From sequence record NC_061450.1: DNA of 64,000 nt, one strand, 5' to 3'. This document shows, one piece after another, positions 27,299-36,549 of this stretch. The notes beneath the pieces were generated by a model. That model had not been told where the DNA came from, did not search any database, and worked only from the letters and a program-made list of their open reading frames with translations. How positions within the stretch are numbered: position 1 is the first letter of the stretch; each line of letters opens with the position of its first letter. The position numbers were made by a program, and so were the translations under genes.

Positions 27299-29184
27299 TG
27301 GGATACCTTAGGCATATACATTTCTAACTTCTGACCGTTTGGTGTGCCCGTTGTATTCGAACCATCAACGGTACCATCACCCAAGCTACACAGGAAGTTA
27401 CGCAAATCTTCCTCTGCCTGACGCAGCAACTGGCTGAGATTTGTTTTGGGGCCAAGCAGACGACCCATGCTCAAGGCATCCATACACTTGTCAGGCAAGG
27501 CATCAGACACAGACTTTTGCAGGTCACTGAGTTTGTTTGATACACAGGTCTGATTGATCTGTGGGCCATCGAGATAGTAGTCAGGAATGTCACCGCTTGA
27601 CACAAGATTGTTTATGTCTCCTGTGAAGCCGCTCATCATTCCTTCCATACGGTCAATGCGTGAGCCAAGCTGAGTCAGCACCGAAGGACCGATATCGATA
27701 GCCAAGTTGATGCTGAGTTTCTCCAGCTTAGACAAGGCACCACAAATGCTGTTGATGTAACTGGCCATGCTAAACTCTTGCATCAAACTTTTCAGGTAAT
27801 CAGCACCCTCACCGTACTTCTGAGCCAGCTCTGGAAACTTAAACATTTCAGATTCCGACTGGAACTCATCAAGCATGAGATTAAGATGTAGTTCATGCGA
27901 TTGACTCAAGAAGTCGATTGGGTTTAGACCATCCAGTGACTGTTTGATGTTGGTGTTGAGCTGGAAGGGACGCAGGATATCAGCGATGGTGGGAAACGTT
28001 TTAAGTGCGAGGTTGGTACCGCCACCAACACCTGTTGTGCCTTCTACAGGTGTGAAATTGCGACTAAGCATCAACGTCTCCGAGTATTGCCCAGAGTAGT
28101 AGCCACGAGTCTTGCCAATAACAATCCATTTGCCGCTGGTTTTAACGTCTGTGAGCATTGACTGATCACGCGTTGGTAGACCTGCACGCACCTCAACACA
28201 GTCCAACAAGTTTACGTTAGGGCAGCCGCCTTGTATCAGGCAGCGAGCCGTTTCTGTGTACGTCATTGCCTGACGACGCCAGTTGTAATAAGCCTTGTTA
28301 TACTCAGAGTGGATGTTTGTATCATTGGTAGGACGCGCATACTGACGACGGGCACCAACAATCTCACCACGAACATCGCTGTTGATGTTGAGTGGGTCTC
28401 GGGTTTTGATGTTGACCGAGTTAAGTTCGTTGATGTTGCCTTTGCTGTCAGCCCACAGCAATGTATCACCGTAGTTGGAAACGCCATTGAACGTACCGGC
28501 AGCCGACTTGGTACGCATTTCTGCAACGTTGTACTCATTGCCAACTGCTTTGTCGTTAAACACCAGTGTGGCGCTAGGCTGTTGCTCTATAACCTGAGTT
28601 AGGTCACGAACTACCATACGACGGTCGGCAGTCAGCATCAGTTTGGGCATAGCCTCATCACCAAGCCAGATATGCTTCTCAATATCAGAGGCGAATCGCT
28701 TGGGACTCACTGTGGAACTCAGCCACAGCATGTTGTCCTTAGGCTGTAGGGTGTCAGGCATGTCCAGCAGCATGTTACAGCGTGTGGCGATTTCCTGCAG
28801 GGCATCACGACTTGTGCCGCGCACTGAATAGCTGCGACTGTCATAGATGAATGCATGGGCGTCAAAAGCACAAACGGCTCGGATAATACGAGTACCACCG
28901 TCATCGTATTCTCTCAAGCCAATCGTACTGAAATTAAATTCTTGGATTGAGTCCTCGTTGGGACCCATGTGGAATGTGAACTTGGTGCCGTCCACAATCG
29001 CATTTTCGCTACGCAGTTTGTTGTTGTGATCAGCAAACTCCACAACAGCACATGGGATAGATATAGGGTTTTCGATAACAAAGCAACTGCGGAGGAGTCC
29101 TGGTGTTGCTGGTGGGGTCTTGCCATCGATAAGCAGTCCGAAAAACCCGAGGCCGTCAATACCACCTACTGAAACTTGTGCCAT
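27295..29184 (-). CDS. Baseplate hub protein, gp27-like, with a helical C-terminal extension
   Basis: Directly upstream of the spike; S.RGTS..AL.EIA..C; G.W.V......Y..G.Y...L.LSR. Confidence 0.6.
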   Translation of the reverse strand: MAQVSVGGIDGLGFFGLLIDGKTPPATPGLLRSCFVIENPISIPCAVVEFADHNNKLRSENAIVDGTKFTFHMGPNEDSIQEFNFSTIGLREYDDGGTRIIRAVCAFDAHAFIYDSRSYSVRGTSRDALQEIATRCNMLLDMPDTLQPKDNMLWLSSTVSPKRFASDIEKHIWLGDEAMPKLMLTADRRMVVRDLTQVIEQQPSATLVFNDKAVGNEYNVAEMRTKSAAGTFNGVSNYGDTLLWADSKGNINELNSVNIKTRDPLNINSDVRGEIVGARRQYARPTNDTNIHSEYNKAYYNWRRQAMTYTETARCLIQGGCPNVNLLDCVEVRAGLPTRDQSMLTDVKTSGKWIVIGKTRGYYSGQYSETLMLSRNFTPVEGTTGVGGGTNLALKTFPTIADILRPFQLNTNIKQSLDGLNPIDFLSQSHELHLNLMLDEFQSESEMFKFPELAQKYGEGADYLKSLMQEFSMASYINSICGALSKLEKLSINLAIDIGPSVLTQLGSRIDRMEGMMSGFTGDINNLVSSGDIPDYYLDGPQINQTCVSNKLSDLQKSVSDALPDKCMDALSMGRLLGPKTNLSQLLRQAEEDLRNFLCSLGDGTVDGSNTTGTPNGQKLEMYMPKVSQ

Positions 29185-29186
29185 TG

Positions 29187-29606
29187 TTACTCTCCGTCAA
29201 TCTCCTTTGCGAACTGGCGAAGCTGTGCCGCAAGGATTTTGAGTTCAGCGCTGCTTGCCTGCATGTTGAATCCACCACGTGCAGGCTTTTTCTCGCTGTC
29301 ATTTTTAGTTGTGTAGAACTTACGGAAGGCAACAACCTTGTTACCCCCGTCGTCCTCAGTAAGAGCAACGGTAAGATAGCCATGCTCACCCAACTTGAGA
29401 TATCCAGGCTCAGGCTCGCTTGTTTCTTTGCGCGTCTTGGCTTTAGACTTCTCAGCTTTGGGCTTCTCAGCTTTAGACTTCTCAGCTTTAGACTTCTTGT
29501 CCTCGACTTTGAGTTCAGTCTTGGGCTTTTTGGGCTTGGGATTATCAAGCACAGCCTCAAGTTTCTTTTTCTTGAGACCGACAATCTTACCGTTTTTCAT
29601 TACCAT
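29187..29606 (-). CDS. PC4-like ssDNA-binding protein with a Lys-rich N-terminal tail
   Basis: YLTVAL.ED.G...VAFRKFY....E.KP.RGG.N matches the PC4/whirly pattern; KSKAE repeats. Confidence 0.65.
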   Translation of the reverse strand: MVMKNGKIVGLKKKKLEAVLDNPKPKKPKTELKVEDKKSKAEKSKAEKPKAEKSKAKTRKETSEPEPGYLKLGEHGYLTVALTEDDGGNKVVAFRKFYTTKNDSEKKPARGGFNMQASSAELKILAAQLRQFAKEIDGE

Positions 29607-29896
29607 TATATCGTTGTCCTTTTCAATTGCTTGACTGCGGCGCGTGCCTGCTTGATAGGTAGTTTGACCGACATGCCTGCCTTCATTTCTGATGGGTGAA
29701 CCAAGGCATTGGCGATCAATATCAAGTTCCAGAACTGCGTCGAACCATAGTTGTCTACGCTAAGGAGTTGGGGATTTCCCTCCATAGATGCATCAATGGT
29801 CTTTACAGTATGCTGGCTGCTGTCCGCATCATTGAAAAGCTCAACACTGAGTGGGTCTATGCCCCACTCATCGACGCTTGCGACAATTTGAACCAT
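29606..29896 (-). CDS. Baseplate protein, LysM/gp53-like
   Basis: LLS...YGS..FW.LILIAN....P..M..G..V.LP. Confidence 0.75.
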   Translation of the reverse strand: MVQIVASVDEWGIDPLSVELFNDADSSQHTVKTIDASMEGNPQLLSVDNYGSTQFWNLILIANALVHPSEMKAGMSVKLPIKQARAAVKQLKRTTI

Positions 29897-30615
29897 TTGC
29901 GTAAGTCCTCACGAGTAACGGCAAAGTAGCTGGTCATCTGGAGAACAAAATCACAGCTAATAGGATTGCCTGTACCGTCCTCATAGATGTTGTCGTAGTT
30001 CACGCTTACGCTGTCTACCACGGCAGGCTTCATTGAGAAGAAATTACCAATATCGACCGTGAATGCCTCAGGATCGTCATACTGGAAATCAGAACCTACC
30101 TGATTAGCAGCTTCATTGGCTACCTGTTTGAACGGGCTTGGTCCAGGAGGAATCAAGATACCGCCCACGCTTTCGCTGGGAGCACACAGACTCAGCAACT
30201 GTACCAAGTTCTCGACCACTTCTTTCTTGCTGTCTGTGTAGGCATCAAGGAAGATAGGCATTGAGATTTCAAAGTAGCTAGGCTGTGTCCAACGCTTGGC
30301 ACTCATAATCTTTGAGATACTGGACGCACCACCAAACTTGATAGCGCGATCAGCAGCCTGCAAAGGACCACCAATCCCAGGAACTTTGTCTATGGCTTTC
30401 TCACCCAGCGAAGTATCGCCGTAGGGAGGTGTCCAAGCACTAGCAAGGCTCATTGAGAAATCAGGCGGTGTATAGCCAGTGAACTGAATCGTGCCGGAGG
30501 AGTTGTAGATGCGCATCTGATACATCTTGTTGATAGAGATAAAATCACCTCTAGAACCTCCTCCGGAAACAGGAGCAGCGGCTTGGCCTGTGTCGGGCAT
30601 AAGATAGTTAGCCAC
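29857..30615 (-). CDS. Tail tube initiator / baseplate protein (gp48/gp54-like)
   Basis: Synteny between tape measure and LysM genes; PAVVDSVSVNYD...PISCDF.L. Confidence 0.55.
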   Translation of the reverse strand: MANYLMPDTGQAAAPVSGGGSRGDFISINKMYQMRIYNSSGTIQFTGYTPPDFSMSLASAWTPPYGDTSLGEKAIDKVPGIGGPLQAADRAIKFGGASSISKIMSAKRWTQPSYFEISMPIFLDAYTDSKKEVVENLVQLLSLCAPSESVGGILIPPGPSPFKQVANEAANQVGSDFQYDDPEAFTVDIGNFFSMKPAVVDSVSVNYDNIYEDGTGNPISCDFVLQMTSYFAVTREDLRKWFKLSQASMSGA

Positions 30616-30624
30616 AGTTGTTCC

Positions 30625-33237
30625 TTACATATAACCGACGTTGATCATTTGCAGCGTTGGGTCATCCAAGAACACAGGGAAATCATCAAGCGAGTGCGTC
30701 TTGGCTGCACCGCCACCTGGGTTGATTGTTTGACGCTGCGTACCAGCTACCGCACCACGAGGTTTGTCAGGCTGTGCTGTGCTTGCTGTCTGTGTTGGTT
30801 GTGGATCTGGGTCAGGAATATCAGCGGCTGTAACAAGAGGCTGACGATCAACGATTGCTGATGCCTGCTCTACAGGTCGGATAGGCTGCTGTCTGTCCAT
30901 CACATAATCCATGTGACGTGCATATTCCTCAGGTGTCATGCGAGGAGTAGCAGGTCCACGGGCAGTCAAATCAGGCACAGGCTGTGAGTCAACAGGTTTG
31001 ACTTGATAGTCCTCAGGACGTCCTGTGCCTTTGTTAAGCTCAGGAAACTTCTCAGCAACCTTGCGATCCATTTCAGCGTCACGTTGCTGTTCTGGAGTTC
31101 GCGTCAGAGGTACGTTAGCATCTTGAGGTGTTGCAGTAGGACCATCAGGCGTTAAAGCATCTGTGACTTTCTGCTTGACTTCATCCTGACTCATTTTCTC
31201 CAACACTTTGCGCTCATTCTCAGCACGGGCAGCAACTCCTGCCTGAACATTGGCGGAACTTGATTTAAAGTCCGTACCTACGTTCTGTGCTTTCGACTGC
31301 TGGACAGTGTTAATGATCTGACTGTCCGTCATGGCATCAAGGTTGAGACCCTGCAAGGCACGCTTGATAGCATTGGTATTGCCACCATACTGCACCGCTG
31401 TTGAGTACACCATCTCCTGAACAGCCTTGCCTCGTTTAGACACATCAAGCCCTAAGTCGTTTTGCAGCTTGGCAGCCTGAGGTGCATAGTGAGTACGCGT
31501 GATATAATCATCCTGCGCTTTGGCAAGAGCATCACCCTGAGTTGAAGCAAGGTTCTTGTATGCGGCAGTGAATCCAGCAGAGCCAGGAGCTTGACCACCG
31601 AACTGAGCAAGGAATGGTTGACCTTCTTTAGAGTTCAAGAAGTTCATCATGCTGCCGTTGTTCGAAGCAAGCTGGTGGGCGCCATAGCTCACACCACCAT
31701 AGTCACCTGCACCGCTAGACACAGTAGACACACCACGACCGCCAGATTCGAACTGAGCACTCACAGACCCAAGTCCACCAGCAGCCGCTTTAGCCGCAAA
31801 GTCATTTATCTGCTTGCTATCAAACTGTGCGGGACGTGCTCTGTTGCCACCACCGCCTGATGTATTACCGGCAGAACCAAACAGGCCGCTAAACCAGTTC
31901 GGCATCATGCTCATGAATCCACCTGACGTGGATTGTGCTGTGCGATCTTTGGCGTCCTGTTCGTCTTGGCGTTGCTTTTCGACTTCGGCAGCTTTCTCGT
32001 TGCTTTCGTCCATCTTGTCAGCTACAGCATCACCGATTTTATCACCCAAGGCATCGCCGATAAGGCCTCCGATAACACTACCCAAAGCAGCGCCAGCAAG
32101 AGTGCCAGCGCCAGGAACGACGCTGCCGAGAGTACCGCCAATCCAAGCGCCCGCAGTAGCACCCAACCCACCACCAGCAGCGCCAGTAATGTTCTTGGTC
32201 TGTTCGCGCTTCTTCTCTTGTTCCGAGAGTGTGTCGTCATTAGCGATTTGCTCTGCATTATAACCAGCACCTGCCAGAGCTACAGCAGGACCCACAAACG
32301 GAATACGTTTAGCACCACCAATAGCCAGCGCACCCAGTGAAGTAGCATCGAACGCCATGTCCTTCTGCTCTTGCGTAAGCATGGGCTTAGGTTCTTGGCG
32401 AGCTACTTCTGGCTGAGGCTGGGCAGGACTGACTTGAGGTTCATCGCCATTAGGGCCATCCTGCTCTGACTTCTCGTGGTTAGCCCACCAGAACGCACCA
32501 CCAACAGCAGCAAGTCCTGCAAGCGCTCCCCACTTACCTCTGCCACGGAAGCCACGAGTTCTAGGCTCACGACGAGGACGACCATCACGTCCATAACGTC
32601 TGCCTCTGCGTCCACGACGACCGCGATCTTCATCAGGGAAATCAGCATCAGGCAGGGATAGGTCAGTACCGGATTGACGTACAGCAGGCAGATTCTTGGT
32701 CGGCTCAGGAGCAGCATCTTCCGTACGGGCACGATTAGCATTCTTGAACGACTCTGCCTTTTCCCACTCCATCCACTCATGCAGTGTCTTGGCTGTCTGT
32801 GCGCTTATCTCTGTGCTTTGGTGCAAGGCATCAACAATGTCGCCACTGGATGCAGCATTAGCCGTGAAGATATTCTCCAAAGCGTGCTCAAGCTCTGCAT
32901 CGTTGGGACGCGCAACTTCTTGAGGAACAGCCTGAATGGATTGCGGAGTACGTTGTACCATGCCATTACGCTGAGCCGCTCGACGTTCACGCAGTTCTCT
33001 GTTGAGTGCGCGACTTCCAGGACCAACATAATACTCGTAGTCTTCAAAGTCCGTGTTGTTTGCCAAGCCTTGCATAAAGTCTCTGGCACTAACAGCCTGA
33101 TCTTGCTTGCTGGCACGACGACGGCGACTACGTGGAGCACCTAAAACCTCAGCACTGAGATTATCGGCATGCTCCATCATCAATTCAAGAGCAGATAGTT
33201 GACGCTCATCTGCCTTAATGCCTAATGGTCCAGCCAT
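30625..33237 (-). CDS. Tape-measure-like protein with a VgrG3-C-type lysozyme-like domain
   Basis: Gly-zipper GGGLGATAGAWIGGTLGS; LGSVSAQFESGGRG..TVS.G.GD.GGVSYG.HQL...QEMVYSTAVQYG. Confidence 0.75.
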   Translation of the reverse strand: MAGPLGIKADERQLSALELMMEHADNLSAEVLGAPRSRRRRASKQDQAVSARDFMQGLANNTDFEDYEYYVGPGSRALNRELRERRAAQRNGMVQRTPQSIQAVPQEVARPNDAELEHALENIFTANAASSGDIVDALHQSTEISAQTAKTLHEWMEWEKAESFKNANRARTEDAAPEPTKNLPAVRQSGTDLSLPDADFPDEDRGRRGRRGRRYGRDGRPRREPRTRGFRGRGKWGALAGLAAVGGAFWWANHEKSEQDGPNGDEPQVSPAQPQPEVARQEPKPMLTQEQKDMAFDATSLGALAIGGAKRIPFVGPAVALAGAGYNAEQIANDDTLSEQEKKREQTKNITGAAGGGLGATAGAWIGGTLGSVVPGAGTLAGAALGSVIGGLIGDALGDKIGDAVADKMDESNEKAAEVEKQRQDEQDAKDRTAQSTSGGFMSMMPNWFSGLFGSAGNTSGGGGNRARPAQFDSKQINDFAAKAAAGGLGSVSAQFESGGRGVSTVSSGAGDYGGVSYGAHQLASNNGSMMNFLNSKEGQPFLAQFGGQAPGSAGFTAAYKNLASTQGDALAKAQDDYITRTHYAPQAAKLQNDLGLDVSKRGKAVQEMVYSTAVQYGGNTNAIKRALQGLNLDAMTDSQIINTVQQSKAQNVGTDFKSSSANVQAGVAARAENERKVLEKMSQDEVKQKVTDALTPDGPTATPQDANVPLTRTPEQQRDAEMDRKVAEKFPELNKGTGRPEDYQVKPVDSQPVPDLTARGPATPRMTPEEYARHMDYVMDRQQPIRPVEQASAIVDRQPLVTAADIPDPDPQPTQTASTAQPDKPRGAVAGTQRQTINPGGGAAKTHSLDDFPVFLDDPTLQMINVGYM

Positions 33238-34076
33238 TATTTTCTCCCTATGCCGCGTTTACCACGTTGAAGCGCAGCCTCTTCCTTAGCACGCTGCATA
33301 TCTTTGATAAAGCAGCTATGCCAATAAAGGAGTTTTTCGATAGTAATGTCATCCGGTATGTACGAACCTTTGTTGGTCGTGAGGTCCATACTCATGTTCA
33401 TCATGGAGGCATCACTGTACACACGCAGATAACCCAGCAGGTCAACGGAAGTGCGCTGCGTATAACTACGGAAGCACCTGCCGCACTTGAACGTTGTCTC
33501 CAGTTCGCAGATCTCAAACATGTGAGGGATAACGTTCATCAATTCATCAGGCGGTGTGTTGGCAATCGTGTCTTCCAGCGACAAGTCACTGTCGATATAC
33601 ATCGCCTGTAACGCTATAGGACCAATCGATTCACTCAACACATAGGCTTCAATCCAGCGCTGCACTGTTGGGTGACGCAAACCCTTAGGCATGGTACGCC
33701 ACTTGTTTGTCACCGTGCGGAACTTGGAAACTTCTTCCGTGTTCAGCATGTTGCACTGGAGTTCTTGATACGTGCGATCAAGAGGACGTGTGTAGAAGCG
33801 TTCACCACGCATGTCGATATAATAAGGACGGGTGCAGCGCCACTCGTACATCCTGTGGCTTCTAGGCCAACTATCTTTGTCGAACATGGCCAGCATATAC
33901 CGAAAATCTTCGAGATACATTTCTCTGATATTGGCATCGGTAAAGTGGTTAAGAGTATCGACAAGCAAGTGAGGCAGTTTATACTTTTGTGCGTTGTACA
34001 GACCGGTCATAAAGTCCGATGTAACTTTTTTGATACGCACATCAGGTCTGCCTGACGGTAGGCTTATCTCAAGCAT
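33237..34076 (-). CDS. Baseplate hub assembly protein (gp26-like) paralogue 2
   Basis: MLEISLPSG; DFRY.L; CGRC near the C-terminus; start reassigned to the ATG at 34076. Confidence 0.6.
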   Translation of the reverse strand: MLEISLPSGRPDVRIKKVTSDFMTGLYNAQKYKLPHLLVDTLNHFTDANIREMYLEDFRYMLAMFDKDSWPRSHRMYEWRCTRPYYIDMRGERFYTRPLDRTYQELQCNMLNTEEVSKFRTVTNKWRTMPKGLRHPTVQRWIEAYVLSESIGPIALQAMYIDSDLSLEDTIANTPPDELMNVIPHMFEICELETTFKCGRCFRSYTQRTSVDLLGYLRVYSDASMMNMSMDLTTNKGSYIPDDITIEKLLYWHSCFIKDMQRAKEEAALQRGKRGIGRK

Positions 34077-34767
34077 TGATAAACACTCGTGGGCGCATAT
34101 CCCACTCACGGCCAGACGCACGGCCACAGTGATCGCAGGTCACATTGATCTGCGTGCTGAGTCCATGACGCGCCTGAATAACCCAATCACTGAGACGAGT
34201 CCAGAGCTCCAAGTCCTGCTGAGACTCAAGACGGGCAATGTTCTCGTTGAAGTTTGGACCCATGTGGGCTGCGTGCCAGTTGAACAAGGCATTCTCACTC
34301 AGAGTGTGGTGATAGTGTCGCATACGGGCCAGATCAAATTCTTCTGATGCAGCATTCAACACTGCCACAGCACAGCTTTGGTCATCGATGATGCTCTGGT
34401 TAAAGTTCTCACATGGGAATTGGTCAAGAGGAGGAATGTCTGCTTGAATAGTGTTGAACACGCCTGTCGAATAACGGAACAGAGGCTTGCGACACGTCCA
34501 GTTGACTTTTACAGGACTGGCCTTGTTCATCAACATGCGCTGTAGGAACAGCAGGTGATGGGCGTCATTGATTGTCAGACTATCGATTGGAATAGACAGG
34601 CAATCAGGCAGCACTTCGGTCAACAGGATTTCCATGTCGTCTTTCTGTGCGGCCATAGCGATCTTCATTGTGTGACGACCGCTAAACTTCTCCATCTCAA
34701 AACTCTCAGGCAGCCCTGATTTCCAACCCCTGGAAGGAAGATTTAACGTGAGAATATCGATAACCAT
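34069..34767 (-). CDS. Baseplate hub assembly protein (gp26-like) paralogue 1
   Basis: LNLPSRG; LT..D..HLL..QR; C-terminal CDHC; start reassigned to the ATG at 34767. Confidence 0.6.
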   Translation of the reverse strand: MVIDILTLNLPSRGWKSGLPESFEMEKFSGRHTMKIAMAAQKDDMEILLTEVLPDCLSIPIDSLTINDAHHLLFLQRMLMNKASPVKVNWTCRKPLFRYSTGVFNTIQADIPPLDQFPCENFNQSIIDDQSCAVAVLNAASEEFDLARMRHYHHTLSENALFNWHAAHMGPNFNENIARLESQQDLELWTRLSDWVIQARHGLSTQINVTCDHCGRASGREWDMRPRVFINA

Positions 34768-34774
34768 ATGTGCC

Positions 34775-35290
34775 TCAGCTAAAAATGGAGCGTGATACGT
34801 CACACTCGAATTGAATACTAATATGACCGCGCCCACCAGTGCCGTTAAGCGATAGCTCCTGCATGCCTAATGGCCACACGTTACGCAGTTCTTGTATCAT
34901 GATTTGATTGCCCTGATTATCAAACAAGGCAACTTCAAGGCGCTTCTTGTACACTGATGGAAGTCTCATGCCACCGGTGTATGGGTTTTGAATCAAATTC
35001 TGCCACGCTGTGTAGTAGCGAATCACAGCAGCTTTCTGGTCAAGACCAAATTGCGCCGTAAAGCCATCAACGTTTGTTGCGTGAGGCCAAGAGAAGCTGG
35101 TGGTAGCTACCTCTTTTGTCTTTTGTTGGAAGACAGGAAAAGGCAGCCCAACTTCTTCACATGCTATTGGACTTAGGCTAACACCGCTGATACTAGGCAG
35201 TGTTAAGATACGCCATTTGTCCAGCATGAATGGATCTGCAAGGCCAGGCTGTGACGAGTCTTGCAGTTCATCAAGAGTTACCGCTGCCAT
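34775..35290 (-). CDS. Tail tube protein paralogue (gp19-like)
   Basis: Aligns with 36021..36539: VTLDE...ADP; W..LI; F...G.......VWP. Confidence 0.75.
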   Translation of the reverse strand: MAAVTLDELQDSSQPGLADPFMLDKWRILTLPSISGVSLSPIACEEVGLPFPVFQQKTKEVATTSFSWPHATNVDGFTAQFGLDQKAAVIRYYTAWQNLIQNPYTGGMRLPSVYKKRLEVALFDNQGNQIMIQELRNVWPLGMQELSLNGTGGRGHISIQFECDVSRSIFS

Positions 35291-35294
35291 ACGT

Positions 35295-35975
35295 CTATTC
35301 CTCTACCAAGACAAGCACGGGATGCACGGTACCATCATTGAACTTGAGGAACGTTGCACCTACAATAAGACCTAACTGGCCGGCCTTACGAATCACAGCG
35401 TCTTCCATGTCACGTTCCCACTTGGCACGCTGCTTGTTGTCGTAGCTGCTAAAAGTGGTTGATGCTTCGTAGTAATTATAAATCTCACCACTCGGGAAAG
35501 GAATGCGCGATAGATAGTGGATACCAGCAGCTCCATCAACAGGCAGTGCTTGAAGCAGCTTGGTAATCTTTTTGTTTTCTTGCTTAGCACCAGGTACGGC
35601 TGTCCACACCTTCATCTTGCCACGTTCAGCAGGGTCAGTTGGTGTATCCTTTGTCTGAGCTTTGGTTCCCTTGGGCTTTGATGTAACCTTTATGCCGCTG
35701 ACGGTACCTGTAAAAGGACGACTGCGACCAAGCAGGCTACGAACGGTTTTCGCATCGATCTCGAACTGGACTGAGGGGTCTTCTCGATGCAACAAAACGA
35801 ACTTGTTAACGCCAAGATTACTAATGCCATAAACGTCTTTATATTCCACATCGGCTTCAAACTCCGAGTTCTCGACACTGACAGCACGTTGTCCCTCAAA
35901 GCGATACCAATCACAGTCCTCAACGGCTACGCCCTTGGGCTTTCTGGCACTAACGCTGATGAAAAACGGCAGCAT
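35295..35975 (-). CDS. Hypothetical protein with the shared WY.F.G.R domain, inserted between the two tube genes
   Basis: GGGAG RBS before the ATG at 35975; N-terminal ISVSA. Confidence 0.75.
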   Translation of the reverse strand: MLPFFISVSARKPKGVAVEDCDWYRFEGQRAVSVENSEFEADVEYKDVYGISNLGVNKFVLLHREDPSVQFEIDAKTVRSLLGRSRPFTGTVSGIKVTSKPKGTKAQTKDTPTDPAERGKMKVWTAVPGAKQENKKITKLLQALPVDGAAGIHYLSRIPFPSGEIYNYYEASTTFSSYDNKQRAKWERDMEDAVIRKAGQLGLIVGATFLKFNDGTVHPVLVLVEE

Positions 35976-36020
35976 AGAAATTCTCCCAGAAACGAAAATG
36001 GGGCACAAGGCCCCATACGA

Positions 36021-36539
36021 TTAAACGGTTCGCAGCGCGTAGTCGAAGGACCATTCGATTGACACTGGTACTGCCTGAGCTGCACCACTGAACTGCAAGT
36101 CAGGGACCTGCTTAGGCCATACGCCGTAGATTTCGTACTCAGCCACAACACTACCGTCCTGTTTGAAGATACGGAAGATTGCTTTGGTTGCGTACTCGGC
36201 TTTCACAGCACCAAGCTGGGTCTGCGTAGCGCGAATTGCATCGTGCCATGCTTCCAGTGGTTTGTAGATAGCCATCTCGGCGTTTTCGTTGTACTCAGTG
36301 CTGAGACTGTGAGAGAAGATCTTGCGACCAGCATAGTTAAGCTGATGGCCAAATGCTTCTTTCAACACCTCTTCCACGGTACTACCAGGCTTAACGCCGG
36401 TCTTACACATGATGCGCAGCGCACGAGCATATTCCGAACCACCGGTTACTGCTGGTGGGTTAGGAACAAGAAACTCGAAGTTATCATCTAACAGCGGATC
36501 AGCCGTTGATGCAAATTCATCAAGAGTTACCTTAGGCAT
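36021..36539 (-). CDS. Tail tube protein (T4 gp19-like)
   Basis: Directly after the sheath; YAGR..F...LS.EY.E; GVWPK.V.DLQ.SG......EWSFDY. Confidence 0.85.
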   Translation of the reverse strand: MPKVTLDEFASTADPLLDDNFEFLVPNPPAVTGGSEYARALRIMCKTGVKPGSTVEEVLKEAFGHQLNYAGRKIFSHSLSTEYNENAEMAIYKPLEAWHDAIRATQTQLGAVKAEYATKAIFRIFKQDGSVVAEYEIYGVWPKQVPDLQFSGAAQAVPVSIEWSFDYALRTV

Positions 36540-36549
36540 TTAGAACTCC

